From NCBI RefSeq assembly GCF_009914755.1, contig NC_060930.1: 64,000 bases of DNA. One strand, given 5' to 3'. The notes below the pieces were generated by a model, which saw only the letters and a list, made by a program, of their open reading frames with translations, was not told the origin of the DNA and made no database searches. Both the position numbers and the translations under genes were made by a program. Below are positions 36,779 to 49,050 of the stretch, in pieces. The first letter of the stretch is position 1. Every line of letters starts with the position of its first letter. Source of the DNA: the human T2T-CHM13v2.0 reference genome, Homo sapiens.

Positions 36779-39700
36779 GCCCACCAACCTCCAGGCCATG
36801 TCCCCATATCAGCTAACCACTTGAGCATCAGCCTCCAAATTCCTTCACTTTGCTTAAATGATATTAATCTCTAGACCTTGTTATCATCATTGAGAAATAC
36901 TGTATATCTGAAGTCTGAAAACTTGTTTTCTACTCTTGGAGAATTGTCTCCTAATTTTTAAATTATAATCCATATTGATTTTATCATGAGGTGTAGCATA
37001 AAGGAAAGGCAGAAAGTTAGCAATGGGTGCAGCCAGTGATATGGGGATTGACTTTGAATTCCAGGAGGTTTGGATGGTTTAGTTCCGCAGAGAAGTAGCA
37101 GGTCATTCGCTGTGTTCAAGAGACAAGGCTTAGTGTTGATACCTAAGAGTTCGCTTGCATGGCTAGCGCACAAAAGCTGGAGTTTTTGGCTTCAGTGATG
37201 CTGAAATAAGTCGAGTGGTCATGTTTTGGGACTGAAGGTCACTCCGGATTGAAGCTGGATCCCAACCCAGCAGGTGACAGCTTAGCGACTAAGTTCCATG
37301 TTGGGTGTGAAGGCTGTCCGGGATTAGGTGTATTGTTAGCATTGCAGGCAATTGTTTAGCATTATGGCAGGTCTCCACTCTCACTTTGGAGCTTCTGAGG
37401 AATCAGGAATTGGGGTATAGAACTGGGCAGCCACTGGAGGAGTTGGGGGAAGACTGTGGCTAAGGTGAATATGGAGGCTGGGCTTCAGACAGCAAGATTA
37501 TTTTAGATCCCATGTGCTGGAAGGACAAAGTCTCTAATAATCTTCTGGGCTTGTAGTCTAGACCCAGTGACTACATCAGGCTAAGTGTGCTATCTAAACA
37601 TCTAATTCCTCTAGCTGGATGGGGCTAGGAAGGGCAAGACCAACACCCTCTGGCTTTCTAGTCTCGCTGAACTTCTCTCTCCACAGCCTCCTGCTTGGTC
37701 CTTTCCCCATGTGGGAATTGAGAAAAGGGTCTCCTCTTCTAGTTCATCCCACAGGGACTCAGTGGGGTGTGAGGTCCTGGATGCCTTTATCCCCTGGTCA
37801 CACTGCAGATGGTAAGCAAGTGGATGGATACCAAGTCAGGTCCTGGGGTGGGAAGTGCTGAAGTCAAAACACAGAAAGTGGATCCAAACCTAGGAGCCTA
37901 TCAAGAGGGGTCAGCTGAGCAATGGTAGCCAGGGCACAGGGTGAAAGGAAGGGGTTAAAGAACCAGGAGAGTTAGGGCAGCAGAGAATGGGAGGCAGACT
38001 TGATGAAATGCAGGCCCCTAGGCCAATTAATTAATTAATTAATTCATTTCTCTCTCTTTCTCTGTCTCCTTCTTTTTAAATATTGTCAGTGCATTTTAAT
38101 ATGAGTCAGCCAGAGTAGGTAGACACATCTATATGCATCTTTTACATCATTATATTCTCCAGTGCTTAGGACAACTTTTTTGAATACTTAATGATAATTT
38201 AAATTTACAAAAGCGTAATAAGAGAGATAAAAAAGATTTTGTTCACAATCAGGGCAGAAATATCATCCTAGGCTTGTATAATAATAGGATTTTAGCACTA
38301 TCTTCCTCAAAAATGATTGGCAGCTAACAGTAGGCCCAAAGTATAGTTACTATGGGTGTTACTTGCATTTCGTTTTGTGAACTTATAGTTGAGTTAAGCA
38401 TTGTAAATGTACATGGTTTATTCCATTGCAAGGGGGAAATTCCTTTCAGCCCGTCCTGTTCCTGTTCTTATAGAGCTCTTGCAAGTAAAAGCTTGTCAAG
38501 TATTGTTACAGAGAAGTGCTTTAACAGAGTGTGCCCAGTTGATTGTTTCAGTGGCTCTGCTGATGTCCAGATCAGTAAACCCTCTTCCCTTTGGGGTCTG
38601 ACTCTGGAGGTGCCCATGAAGTAAGAGTCACAAGACTACTGTATACCCTTTACAGCAAAACCAGATAAGGTCATGTCATGGTAATGTCATGCCACACCCC
38701 ACAGGGCACCCAGTGTTCCAGAAATGCTATTAGAGAGTTTGAAGAGCTGCTCAGGTTGGGGTGGTCAATTTATGTTTTCAGAGGGCTTTGCTGTTTTTTT
38801 TCTGAGCAAGAATGTGGAAAGCTGGCAGCACCAGTGGCCTGCTGTGGCCTGAAGTTTGCTGGTAGTGTTTGCTTCACCTTTCTCACCTGGCCCAAAGTGA
38901 GAGCACAGGCCTCATTCCTACCTGGCTCTCAGCAGCACTATTGGAAACAGCTGTGTATCATCAATTCCCTAATAATTCCTGAGAGACTGATGCATTTCTG
39001 TAAGAAGCCTGATTTACATGGTGTGACTACAAATTAAAAAGATGGATTTTATTCTGGCTTGTTGAAATTATATTTTACAGACAATGTTTGAAACAACACT
39101 TATCAAATGCTCTGTGGTCTACTTACTCCCAGATATTAATCTCTGCCTGCAGAGCTGCGAGGCGCTTTTCCTCATGAAAAATTCCATTCTTGTGAATTTA
39201 GTCTATTCATGTGGAGTCAACCTTATAGGACTATTATTGCCTTCTCTTTTTTGAGAGAATAGAATAAAAAAAGAAAAGGCATTGGCAACTCATTGTGTGG
39301 CCCGGTTCATAGAAAGGGAGACAAATTATCTTTTCTTATTTTTTAAAGATATACAAAGCTCTACTAAAATAGAACTTCGTATTACAGGTTGCAGTTATTA
39401 GGAGGTAATAGGGTTTCTACCTTCTCATGATAAAGGCTTCCTATGTTAACACCACCTACTGTATAATGTCTTGGCATGATATGCAGAATTTTCTTTGTTA
39501 TGTAGTTAGTGAATGGCAGCTTTTCCCTCATGCATTCCAATTTTCAGGCTAAGATAACTGTGAGTTCTAAGAATGTAAGCTTGCATTCTCCTTAGGAACA
39601 GTGAGCAAGGCAGTAAAAGAGATACTATTTTTAGATTTCTTGTTGATCTCTTGTTTTATTATATGCCACATGTACATTATTCGGAAAACTTTCCTAAAAC

Positions 39701-40351
39701 ATGAACATGAATAAATAATTTAATCCTTTACCGTCAACCTAATATTTCTAGAAAAATGTGTGGAGGAAGAAAGGAGGCATAAGGTTCTATGGCCTTCATT
39801 CTCAATCTTCCTGGCCCCACACTCCCGACATCTATAAACTTACAACTTCGCCTAGACCCTGTTCCCGATGACTCAGAAAGACAGGGTCAATGGATGTGAC
39901 CAAGGAGACAAACTTTTTGAGATTCCCAAAGCTTCCTGTACTGGGGAACGGGAGTGAGTGCTGAGGAAAGAAAATTTGTCTCTAACACAGGGATTGATTT
40001 GAATTATGGCTGTGGGACATAGGGATTTGTTCTTACTAATTAGTTGATAATGGTGACTTAAAATTTGCGTAGGGCAAAATTCTTTCTTTTGGCAATCTCA
40101 TTCTTATGAAGGAAAAGTTTTCCTCCCACCTCCTATGCAAATTCTTCCTTTCTTCCCTTGAATTGTAATCTTTCTATATTAGCTATTTAGAAAATGTTTA
40201 TTTGGAAAATGTTTATTGACTATTAGGACCTAGGAGTAGTGGCAAATTGTTTCCAACCAAATTGCTCCAAATCTTCATTTTGATTTGAGATCAGAGGGAC
40301 AATCGAGGAGTTATTGGATTTCCATAACATCCTTAACAATTTCAGAGTTTT

Positions 40352-40644
40352 TTTTTTTTTTTTTGAGATGGAGTCTCACTCTATTGCCCAGGCTGAAGTA
40401 CAGTGGCACAATCTCGGTTCACTGCAAACTTCGATTCCAGGGTTCAAGCGATTCTCCTGCCTCAGCCTCCTGAGTAGCTGGGATTACAGGAGTGCACCAC
40501 CACGCCCGGCTAATATTTGTATTTTTAGTAGAGACAGGGTTTCATCATGTTGGTCAGGCTGGTCTCGAACTCCTGACCTCGTGATCCACCTATCTCAGCC
40601 ACCCAAAGTGCTGGGATTACAGGTGTGAGCCACTGTGCCCGGCC
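40352..40644 (-). mobile_element. Alu (AluSg/Sc-like)
   Basis: Antisense dimer with 'gacctcgtgatcc' diagnostic; TSD TTCAGAGTTTT / TTGAGAGTTTT. Confidence 0.96.
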
Positions 40645-42909
40645 TTGAGAGTTTTAAGTAGTGAAAAGATTTTTAGTTTTAAAAATTTTCAGATTCATGT
40701 TGCAAATTAGGATGGACTTAGGGAAATATTGGTGTGTTGGAAAAGTATAAAATATAGTTCTGAATGTCTTTAGTGTAGGACAGTAGAACAGTAGATCAAT
40801 AAGATTCAGAAATAATAGAATAATAAACCCATTTTTACTTTTAAAATATGGGAGACATTTCACTCTGCTTGTTATATAGAATAGATTGGAGGAGAAAACA
40901 TTGAGAATATCATGAAGTTTTGTGTTTTTGACTTAGGATTCTGTTTAGAATGCTGATTGTCATTCACATTTTATGCATGTAAAACAATAAGAGTTTTATA
41001 AAACTACAAAGTTTATGAGAGGATTAGGCAGGTTTTACTTTTATAGTCATAATGTGTTCAAATGCATTTGCATCAAATGGTAGATATAATTTCTCTTTGT
41101 AATTGAAGTTTAAATTCCAGCATAAATATAGTGCTTAGAAAACTATTTTATGAGCCTTTCTTTTATAAGGATCCTGCATGAAAAGAAGGTTACACAGCTG
41201 GAGATTGTTTAGAGACAATTAAGACTTACTGGCTTTTCAGCTGGTGAGAAAAAGCAGGACTCTGAGACTCTTGCCATCTTGAAATTGTTACTCAGGTGAG
41301 TTTCCTTTACAACACCAAGCTCTTTAGTATTTTTTAAAAATTATTTAGCATCAGAAACTTAAGAGATGATCCATTGGAGTTTAAGTTCATTATGAATGCA
41401 AAGTGCACATTTGACTTTAACATGATTCATCTGGGTGAATCTGAGACCCTAGCCATTTTTTCAAGACTATTGCTCACCTCTTTTCCTAAGGCAAATATTC
41501 AAGTATGCTGCTGGTTTTTAGCACTCTCTGCTTCCTATCTCTCATCCTCTGAAGTGGTACCCCACTCCCTTTAGATTTGAACATCTACCTCCTTCCCTTC
41601 TCTCCTCCAGCCTAGGAAAAAGGATGCCCGATCCAAATACCCTAATAAGGAAATAATTTTGTTTGATAGCCAAAATACCTCTGATAGGGGCAAGGGTTTT
41701 ACGGATGACTCTTACAAGTGAGGAGCTTTCAGAATCTGTTGGTAAAGTATGTTTCATTGAAGGGATATTTCCGGTGGCTCACAAATCAGATCTATATTTT
41801 CACAAAACCCCAGAGAATAAGATGTTTTATAGTTATACACTTTAATTTGGCTGTTGGCTTGATCCACTGCTAGAGAAACCCAAAAGTGACCCCAACACTC
41901 AGGTGCAAATAGATTACCTGAAGAAATCTATGTTTTAAGTGCTTTTATTAATGTGTCTACTAAGAAATTTGACTTGTCTTATTCTTATTAGTGTGAATAT
42001 GGATATTATACAGGTAAGGATGAATCTATGTTACAGAAGTTTGATTTCCCACTTGAGATTTTTTCCCCTTATTAAATTTCTCTAAATTTTAAGGTGACAG
42101 AATGTATTTCTTGACACGTAGTTCAAGGCAGGCTGAATACTAAGTTAATTAATTTGTCTTATTTTACCAGTTCTATGTGTCTATTAACTTAGTGTGGGGG
42201 GCATATATTGAACTTGTCTTTGATTTCCTGTTTCATGCAGGGATGAGAGATGGTGTCACAAATGCTTCCATCTCTACTTTGCTTCTGCTTGACATGGTTT
42301 TGTTCTCTTTGACAGACATTCAGTGGCAAAAAGTAGCATAATTATTAATTTCCCACTTGACATTGTGAACATTTCAATGCTAAGTTAGCAGGTAAAAATG
42401 TCACAATCTATTTCTCTTATATCTACTCATGAACTTCAAAGGGTTCTTAGCAATTGTTCTTGAGTCAGAAGGAAGACTACTGTGACATGCAGATACCAAG
42501 TAAAATTAACTTTGTTAACAGTACTTGACCTTTCTGTAAAATACTCAATTTTCTCAGATACTTTCTTTCATGATGATAGTTAGAAAAAAATTAAAATTCA
42601 TTGTCTTATATTGCATGTGTTAACTGGAAAGAAATTACTTTAGCAACAGATGCACATCGGTCCGTCACATATTGAGAAAACTCTACTCCCTGGGGCTACA
42701 ATAACTAAGCTGTAGAGGTACAAAGAAATACCAATCTGTTTTGCTGAAGTGATATATAGTGAGAGACAATTACTTCTTACAAATGCACTGCTGATTAATT
42801 GGCCTTAGAGAGTTACGTCTCAGTCATATTAACTTCAGTGTTACTGCAGTGAAGAGCATTGGCACACAGGTATGGAGAGGGAACCTAGTTTTCAGATTAT
42901 CATGACCTT

Positions 42910-43120
42910 ACAGCTCAGCCTAATAGAAATATAATGCTTACTGGATTCAAAAGGACTTTTAGTAGCCACATGAAAATTAGACACGGGGAATACATTTTTA
43001 TAATGTATTTTATTGGACTCAGTATATCCAAAATATTATCATTTTGACATTTGGCATTAGTCACTTTTCCAGTGCTCAGTAGCTGCCTGTGGCTAGTCAT
43101 TATTCTATTGGCCAGCATAG
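42910..43120. mobile_element. MER33/MER3-like hAT-Charlie MITE, internally deleted
   Basis: 'aatagaaatataatg', 'tagtagccacat', 'tatccaaaatattatcattt', 'gtggctagt...ttggccagcatag'. Confidence 0.75.
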
Positions 43121-43754
43121 CTCTCAGGATCTTCGAGCTATTTGAGTTGCCAAATGCAAAGCCTATTCTCTAACTCAAATCTTGTGTTCATGTGGAACAT
43201 ATTGAAATATTATTTAGGCATTGTAAATATCGTATTTTGCCTTTCATTGGCAGTTCTAGCTCTCTCTCTCTCTCTCTTTTTCATTAGCTGTGATCCGGAT
43301 AGAAAGAAAGAGGTTTATCTGAATGCGATTGGTGTGGTGGAGACAATCCTGGGACAAGTGTTCAGACTACTGTAGTTTGTCAGGGTCATTTACTAGTGAC
43401 AGGGACTATTTGAGCTAACCTCACTGCGTGTAATTTCCTTATCTAGAAAATAGAAATACTGTAATAAACTCCATCTAGTGTAGTACCATGTGTAAGTAGG
43501 CATATAAAAGTACTTAAAAAATAACTGTGAAGAGCTGATTAGTACAAGGTACTTTTTGGGCTAAAATTGTTTAAGACATGTTAAAATAGTTGGAGTAATT
43601 CTTTGGGGGAACCTTGACTGGAGGCTTTATGCTTGATCCTAAAGAATTCTTTCATATGAGGCTACTTTCTTCCTCTGGTTTCTGTGTCAATCTCTCCTTT
43701 AAACTTCTGGGTCAATTTTCATTCTTCTTCAAAACATCAATTTTAATTTTTTAA

Positions 43755-43980
43755 AAATTCACTGTCTGCTTGGTATAGGTATTGGGCTGAGTGCTTTGTA
43801 TACATCATCTCATTTAATCCTTATGACAACTCTACAGGTTTTGCTTAATTGTATGGATGAAGATGAAGCACAGAGAGATTAAGTAACTTGCCCAACATCC
43901 CATAGATTATAAGCTGCCATTTAAGCCAGGTCATCTGAATCCAGAGACTGTGTCCTTGAGCTCTAGACTGACTACTGCCC
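43755..43980 (-). mobile_element. MIR SINE
   Basis: 'atctcatttaatccttatgacaac...gcacagagagattaagtaacttgcccaa'. Confidence 0.85.
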
Positions 43981-44834
43981 ATCTTAATTGCTGGTGTGCT
44001 GTGCTGCTGAACTACAGCAGGCAGGACAGGACAATATTAAATTGATAATAATAAACTTTTGAGTGAAATTTTGTTTTACCATACTATAGTGGTTTTTCAA
44101 CGCGGGGGGGGGGGGAGCATAAATAACTGTAAATGACCAAAATATCATAAAAATGACTGGAGATTTCTATAAGTTTAGTGAAGACAATCCTACGGAGAGA
44201 AAAAAGAGAATTCTCTGTGTCATTGAAACATTTAAAAGGAGAGAAATTTTCTAAGTTTTCTTTAGAGACTGGTCAAGTTACAGTCAAATTTCAGTTTTTA
44301 GAGATATGGTGAAACTGAAATTTTGATTCTTGATATTTTCATGAAAAAATGTATTTGGAGAAAGACTATGAATGTGGATAACAGATGTGAGTTTAAGATA
44401 GAGTGGTGACAAAAAGTACAAAACTTCATTCTCTATTTTTGTCTGTATGGTGTCTCTAAAATGAGAAGTAAACAAATTAACAATAATTTATTGCACACAC
44501 AATCTTTTTAGGGCATGGTTGGGTATAAAAATATGACAGCAATATTGTAGGTACTTGCTATCTTATTGGAGAGCTAAAGCACACCACATGGAAAGCCAGG
44601 CAATGCAAAAAGGAATAAAAGATGTGGGATGTGATTACTGGCTAACAGAAGGGTCAGGCGATACTTCCTACTGTGGTCAGGATAAGGTGAGAGCATTGAA
44701 CTGGGAGTGCAATGGTAGAGCCTCTAGTGAGAGCTGGGACAGATAAGGGCCAGAGAGATGGTATAGGGTTTGGAAAGTCAACAAAGATGAGAGAGTAGAT
44801 CAGATACTTAAGAAGGTATGTGATTGACTTAAAA

Positions 44835-45075
44835 AAATTTCCTGGTGGTAAAATACACAGGACATAAAATTTATCACCTTAACTGTTGTTGATCGTAGAG
44901 TTCAGTGGTATTAAATACATTCATAATGGTGGGCAACCATCAGCACAGCTCATTTCAGTTGGTAAAAATGAAGCTCTATACCCATTAAATAGTAAGATAC
45001 AGTATTGTCCTTTTGTGATTGGCTTATTTCACTTAACATAATGTCCTCAAGTTTCATCTTGTGTTGTAGTATTAC
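44835..45075 (-). mobile_element. L1MB-like 3' UTR fragment
   Basis: 'gttcagtggtattaaatacattcataat', 'tggcttatttcacttaacataatgtcctcaag'. Confidence 0.8.
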
Positions 45076-47689
45076 AAATGACTTATATGTCATGATTACA
45101 ATATGGCAAGAAGGTGGGAGGAGACATAATTTATCTGTGTGTTCATGTAAACTTTCATAACAAAAATGACTCTCAAATGGCTCCAAAATGCAGGAGAGTG
45201 AGACCATTTGCCAGATGACTGACCTCATTGAGATGAAGCTTTGATCTATCAGGATTGAATAATTTATCCTTAAGAAAATATATGTTTTAGTTACATGGAA
45301 GTGAAACTTAATTATAAACAGGATGAAGCTAGATGACCAGGAGGAAGGTCAAAAAACATCTCTGCTTGGTAAACTAGACCCTCCATAGGGTTGTGGAGTT
45401 CTTCAAGGCCGTGCTGGGACATGATAAAGTCACCTACCTTACCAGTCTTCCAAACCCTCACTGCTACAAAGATTACACTTCCTGAGATCATGTGATCTCC
45501 GTTGCTGTCTTCACCTGGCACTCTTCCAATCACTGTTTTCTGGTTCGTTCCCATTGATATGTTGGTTTTAGGTGCATGTACTTGTCACAAATTGAAGGCT
45601 CAATAATATAAAAGAAATGATTGCTATTGCAGATTGTAGAGAGGTAAACTTTATTTCACAAACCCAAAGGGATAATTTACTTTTCATCTCATCCCTGTCT
45701 TTCAAAATAGAGAACCTCCAGCAAATGGTATATAAAGGAAAACAGAGCAAACAAAATAGAGAAACTTTGCAATTTATTAACTCAAGCATGAAAGCACAGA
45801 AAATAAGCAGGGCTCAACTTAGTTGGAAAAATAAGTCTGAACTTATTGCATTAAAACATGGTGTTGCACTAATCTAATGAGTTTTAGGGCAAATGAGGCA
45901 TGAAACATTGCCAAAATATAAAGTCAGTAAAATATCCAAATTACTCTTTAATGTCATTATGTGTTTTATTTTACTGGGAACTGGTAAAGAATAGATTATT
46001 CCTAAATATGCGTTACTAGCAAAGTAAGTAGAATTATTTTATAAAGAATTTATTATTCTGATAAATTGTCAATAGTGACAAGTCAAAAGCAACTGAAACT
46101 CCAACAAAAGATACACATGTGCCTAATTTAGAAGAAGGCATTAATGTAAGAACCTGCTTTTACTTCATTCATTCATATCCTAGGAATTCAAAATAATGCT
46201 AAAAGAGATAAAACATGGTAGTACATAAGCAATTTTGAGACCAGCATTAAATGATTAATATACTTTTAAGAAAAGACATAATTATCAGACACATCCATAA
46301 GACTCATTTAGAAAGAATAAAGAAAATATCCTTATCCTAGAGTTAATTCTAGAGTTATTCTATTACATTCTGGATATGGTTGAATGCAGCATTTCCTATA
46401 GTTTGAGTGGGATTAGTGAAAAGGTTTGGGTTATGTCTTCAGTAGTGAAAAATGAAAATGATTTATTCTAGAAGACCTGATTGTATTATAGTACTGTCAA
46501 ATTATTAAAATATTGCCAAATTATGTACAGTTTAGTAAGAGGTGGCAGCTCATGAATTTTTTAAATCCTTATTTATACGGTTGTTTGAATCTATTTGTGT
46601 GCTATTTGTAATTATTTCTGATGATTGGTACTACTGGCTATTACATGACAAAACCTTTTTGAGAGGAAAATTAATCTTTCATCCTCCACATTATCAAAGC
46701 AAACTCGTCACTTAAAGCCATCTTAAGTGACTTCTAGTGGATTTAATTTTGTATTTATTCTGCCTAGGTTAAGCAAGACTAACTTTACAATTTTTACCTG
46801 TCCTAGCTATCTCCAGTGTGTATTGACAGTTCATTTGCTTTCGAATGGCTCTGAATGATTCTTCACAGTTGGATAGATGTGCTTATCTAGGAACAAGCAG
46901 GTTTCTTGTGTGCACTTGTTTCTGTCACCTTGTGCTGATTTAAATGCCCTTGGTGCTCTAGAATCATATTGCAGGAGAAGGGCATTAGAAAAAGAAGCTG
47001 GTGCAACAAGAAGGTGAGGATCCTGAATTTCTTTCTGACACGAATGAGAAGTTGCTCATTTGGTCTCTAGTCTACCACACCTCCAGGGGCCCAGCCAGAA
47101 ACTCCATCATCATCCACAGTTCTCCATTACTCCCTCCTACAACCAGCTGGTACTTACCTAATCTTTGGTGTTCATGCTTTATCTTCATCCTTATACCAAA
47201 AATTGAGACCCTCCTCCTCCTCACTCCCTGACCTAGCTCTGCACCTTACTTTCTTGTCAAATAGAGCTACTTGCGCTTCCCTGAATGAGTTGTATTATTT
47301 CCGTCTTCATTTCCAGAAAGAAAACTAATGCCAGTGCAACTCATGCATTCCATCTGATCACCTGGCCTTTAAAAAGTCTGGTGAGATAAAATTTCCAGTT
47401 GACCACTACCAATAAGTTATAATTAGCATACAAACAGCAATGTACTTGACCAGAAAAGAAATCTGTCTGGACTTCTTCAAAATATGCCTATGATTTTTAT
47501 GGTAATGGAGCACATGATTTAATTTGCCATTGAGTCTCCATGACAAGAGATGAAATCTTTAGTCCATATCTACACTGTTTACAGCCCTTGCTGGTATCAA
47601 GGGCAAATTGCTTTGGTTTTTTATGAATAAGTGTGAGAGAAATAAAATAAATCTATTCCTATATAAGTAAATTTGTTTAGCTGTTAAAC

Positions 47690-47860
47690 AAAATTAAGCA
47701 GATATATTTACTGACGCTTTTCTTATGTGTTAATATGCATTGTGAACCTCCAAGAGGAAGACTTCATCAGGCAGTGTTTCCTATGCTTATGAGAGCATGC
47801 CTATCTCTTCTCAGGACACAGTCTGTGAGAGGCTGCTCTACCAAATGACGTGTGGAGGAG
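47690..47860. mobile_element. MER103-like hAT-Charlie fragment
   Basis: 'ttaatatgcattgtgaacctccaagagg...gcagtgtttcc'. Confidence 0.5.
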
Positions 47861-48063
47861 TTCATAATTCTGCCTACTGTGCAGTGAAATTTAAGCCCTG
47901 CCTTCCCGATCTTTAATTGGCTTAAATGTTGAATAGCCAAATTATAAACGTCAGATCAAGTATCTGTGAGCATATAATCAATACTAAAATACATCATTGT
48001 GCTTATCGAAGTTTTCCTGGTATAATGTGGACTTTTCTGTTCCGCTAATAAAAAGCTCCTCCT

Positions 48064-48375
48064 GGCCCCGTGTGGTGGCACATGACTCTAATTCTAGTAC
48101 TCTGGGAGGCCGAGGCAGGAGGATCGCTTGAGCCCAGGAATTTGAGACCAACTTGGACAACGTGGCGAAACCCCACCTCTACAAAAAATACAAAAATTAG
48201 CCAGGTGTGGTGGCCTGTGCTCGTAGTCCCAGCTACTTGGGAGGCTGAGGTGGGAGGATTGCTTGAGCCTGGGAGATCGAAGCTGCAGTGTGCTGTGATC
48301 ATGGTCACTACACTCCAGCCTGGGAGAGAGCATGAGAGCCTGTCTCAAAAAAAAAAAAAAAAAAAAAAAAAGAAA
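48064..48375 (+). mobile_element. AluJ, full length
   Basis: J diagnostics 'ggatcgcttgagcccagga' and 'gaggctgaggtgggaggattgcttgagcc'; long A tail; degenerate TSD AAAAAGCTCCTCC / AAAAAGTTCTCCC. Confidence 0.95.
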
Positions 48376-48566
48376 GAAAAAGTTCTCCCAAATTAACAAT
48401 GTAAATCATCAGAGAAAACAAAGAAAAGCACACTCTGCCTGGATTATTGTAATGTGGCTTATTTTTTTCATTGTTTTAGGGAGAGGCAGAAATTGGGGGC
48501 CCTTCTTAGACATTTTATTAGTTAGGTCACTGCTCCTTGCCTTTGCAAATGTTCCCTTAGTCTTTA

Positions 48567-49050
48567 ATGTTATGATTCAGGGTTCTTAGCAGAGACTCAT
48601 ATGTGAAAAAACCTAGGAAAAGAAAAGGAAGAGTTACTGGCTCACACAAACTGAGGAAACCAGGGAAGGGCAGGAATATAACTCGAACCAGCCCTTGAAT
48701 AGAGAAAAGACTCTTCCCCCGAGTTGCTCCTTTTCTCTGCTTTTGTCTGCCTGTTGGCTGCATTTTTTTCTCTGCAGTTCTGCTTTTCCACATGGCCTTG
48801 AATATGGCTGCCAACAGCTTATTGCCTGACATTTTCCTTGCTTTACCACCAGAGAGCTGAAGGCTCTATTTTCTTTCTTCTAATTTAGAAAACCAAGAAG
48901 GAAGATGCTGACCAGCCCATCCTGGATCACTTGCCACCTGGATCAGTCACTGTGGCCCCAAGGGTAGCACCATTTAGGAAGATGGCAGTTTCTTGTTAGA
49001 GCATCCCTCACTACAGAGAGGAAAAAAGCAATGCTCTATAAGACACAGGG
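48567..49050 (-). mobile_element. Old MLT1 (I/J/K-like) LTR
   Basis: 'tcagggttcttagcagagac', 'atatggctgccaacagc', 'ggatcagtcactgtggcc'. Confidence 0.55.

Noticed and set aside
39127-39245. Minus-strand exon with a GTAAGT donor
   Set aside because: The acceptor is preceded by an A-run and the exonic side of the donor is poor
48045-48589. Overlapping ORFs, one with poly-lysine
   Set aside because: AluJ body and poly-A tail translations
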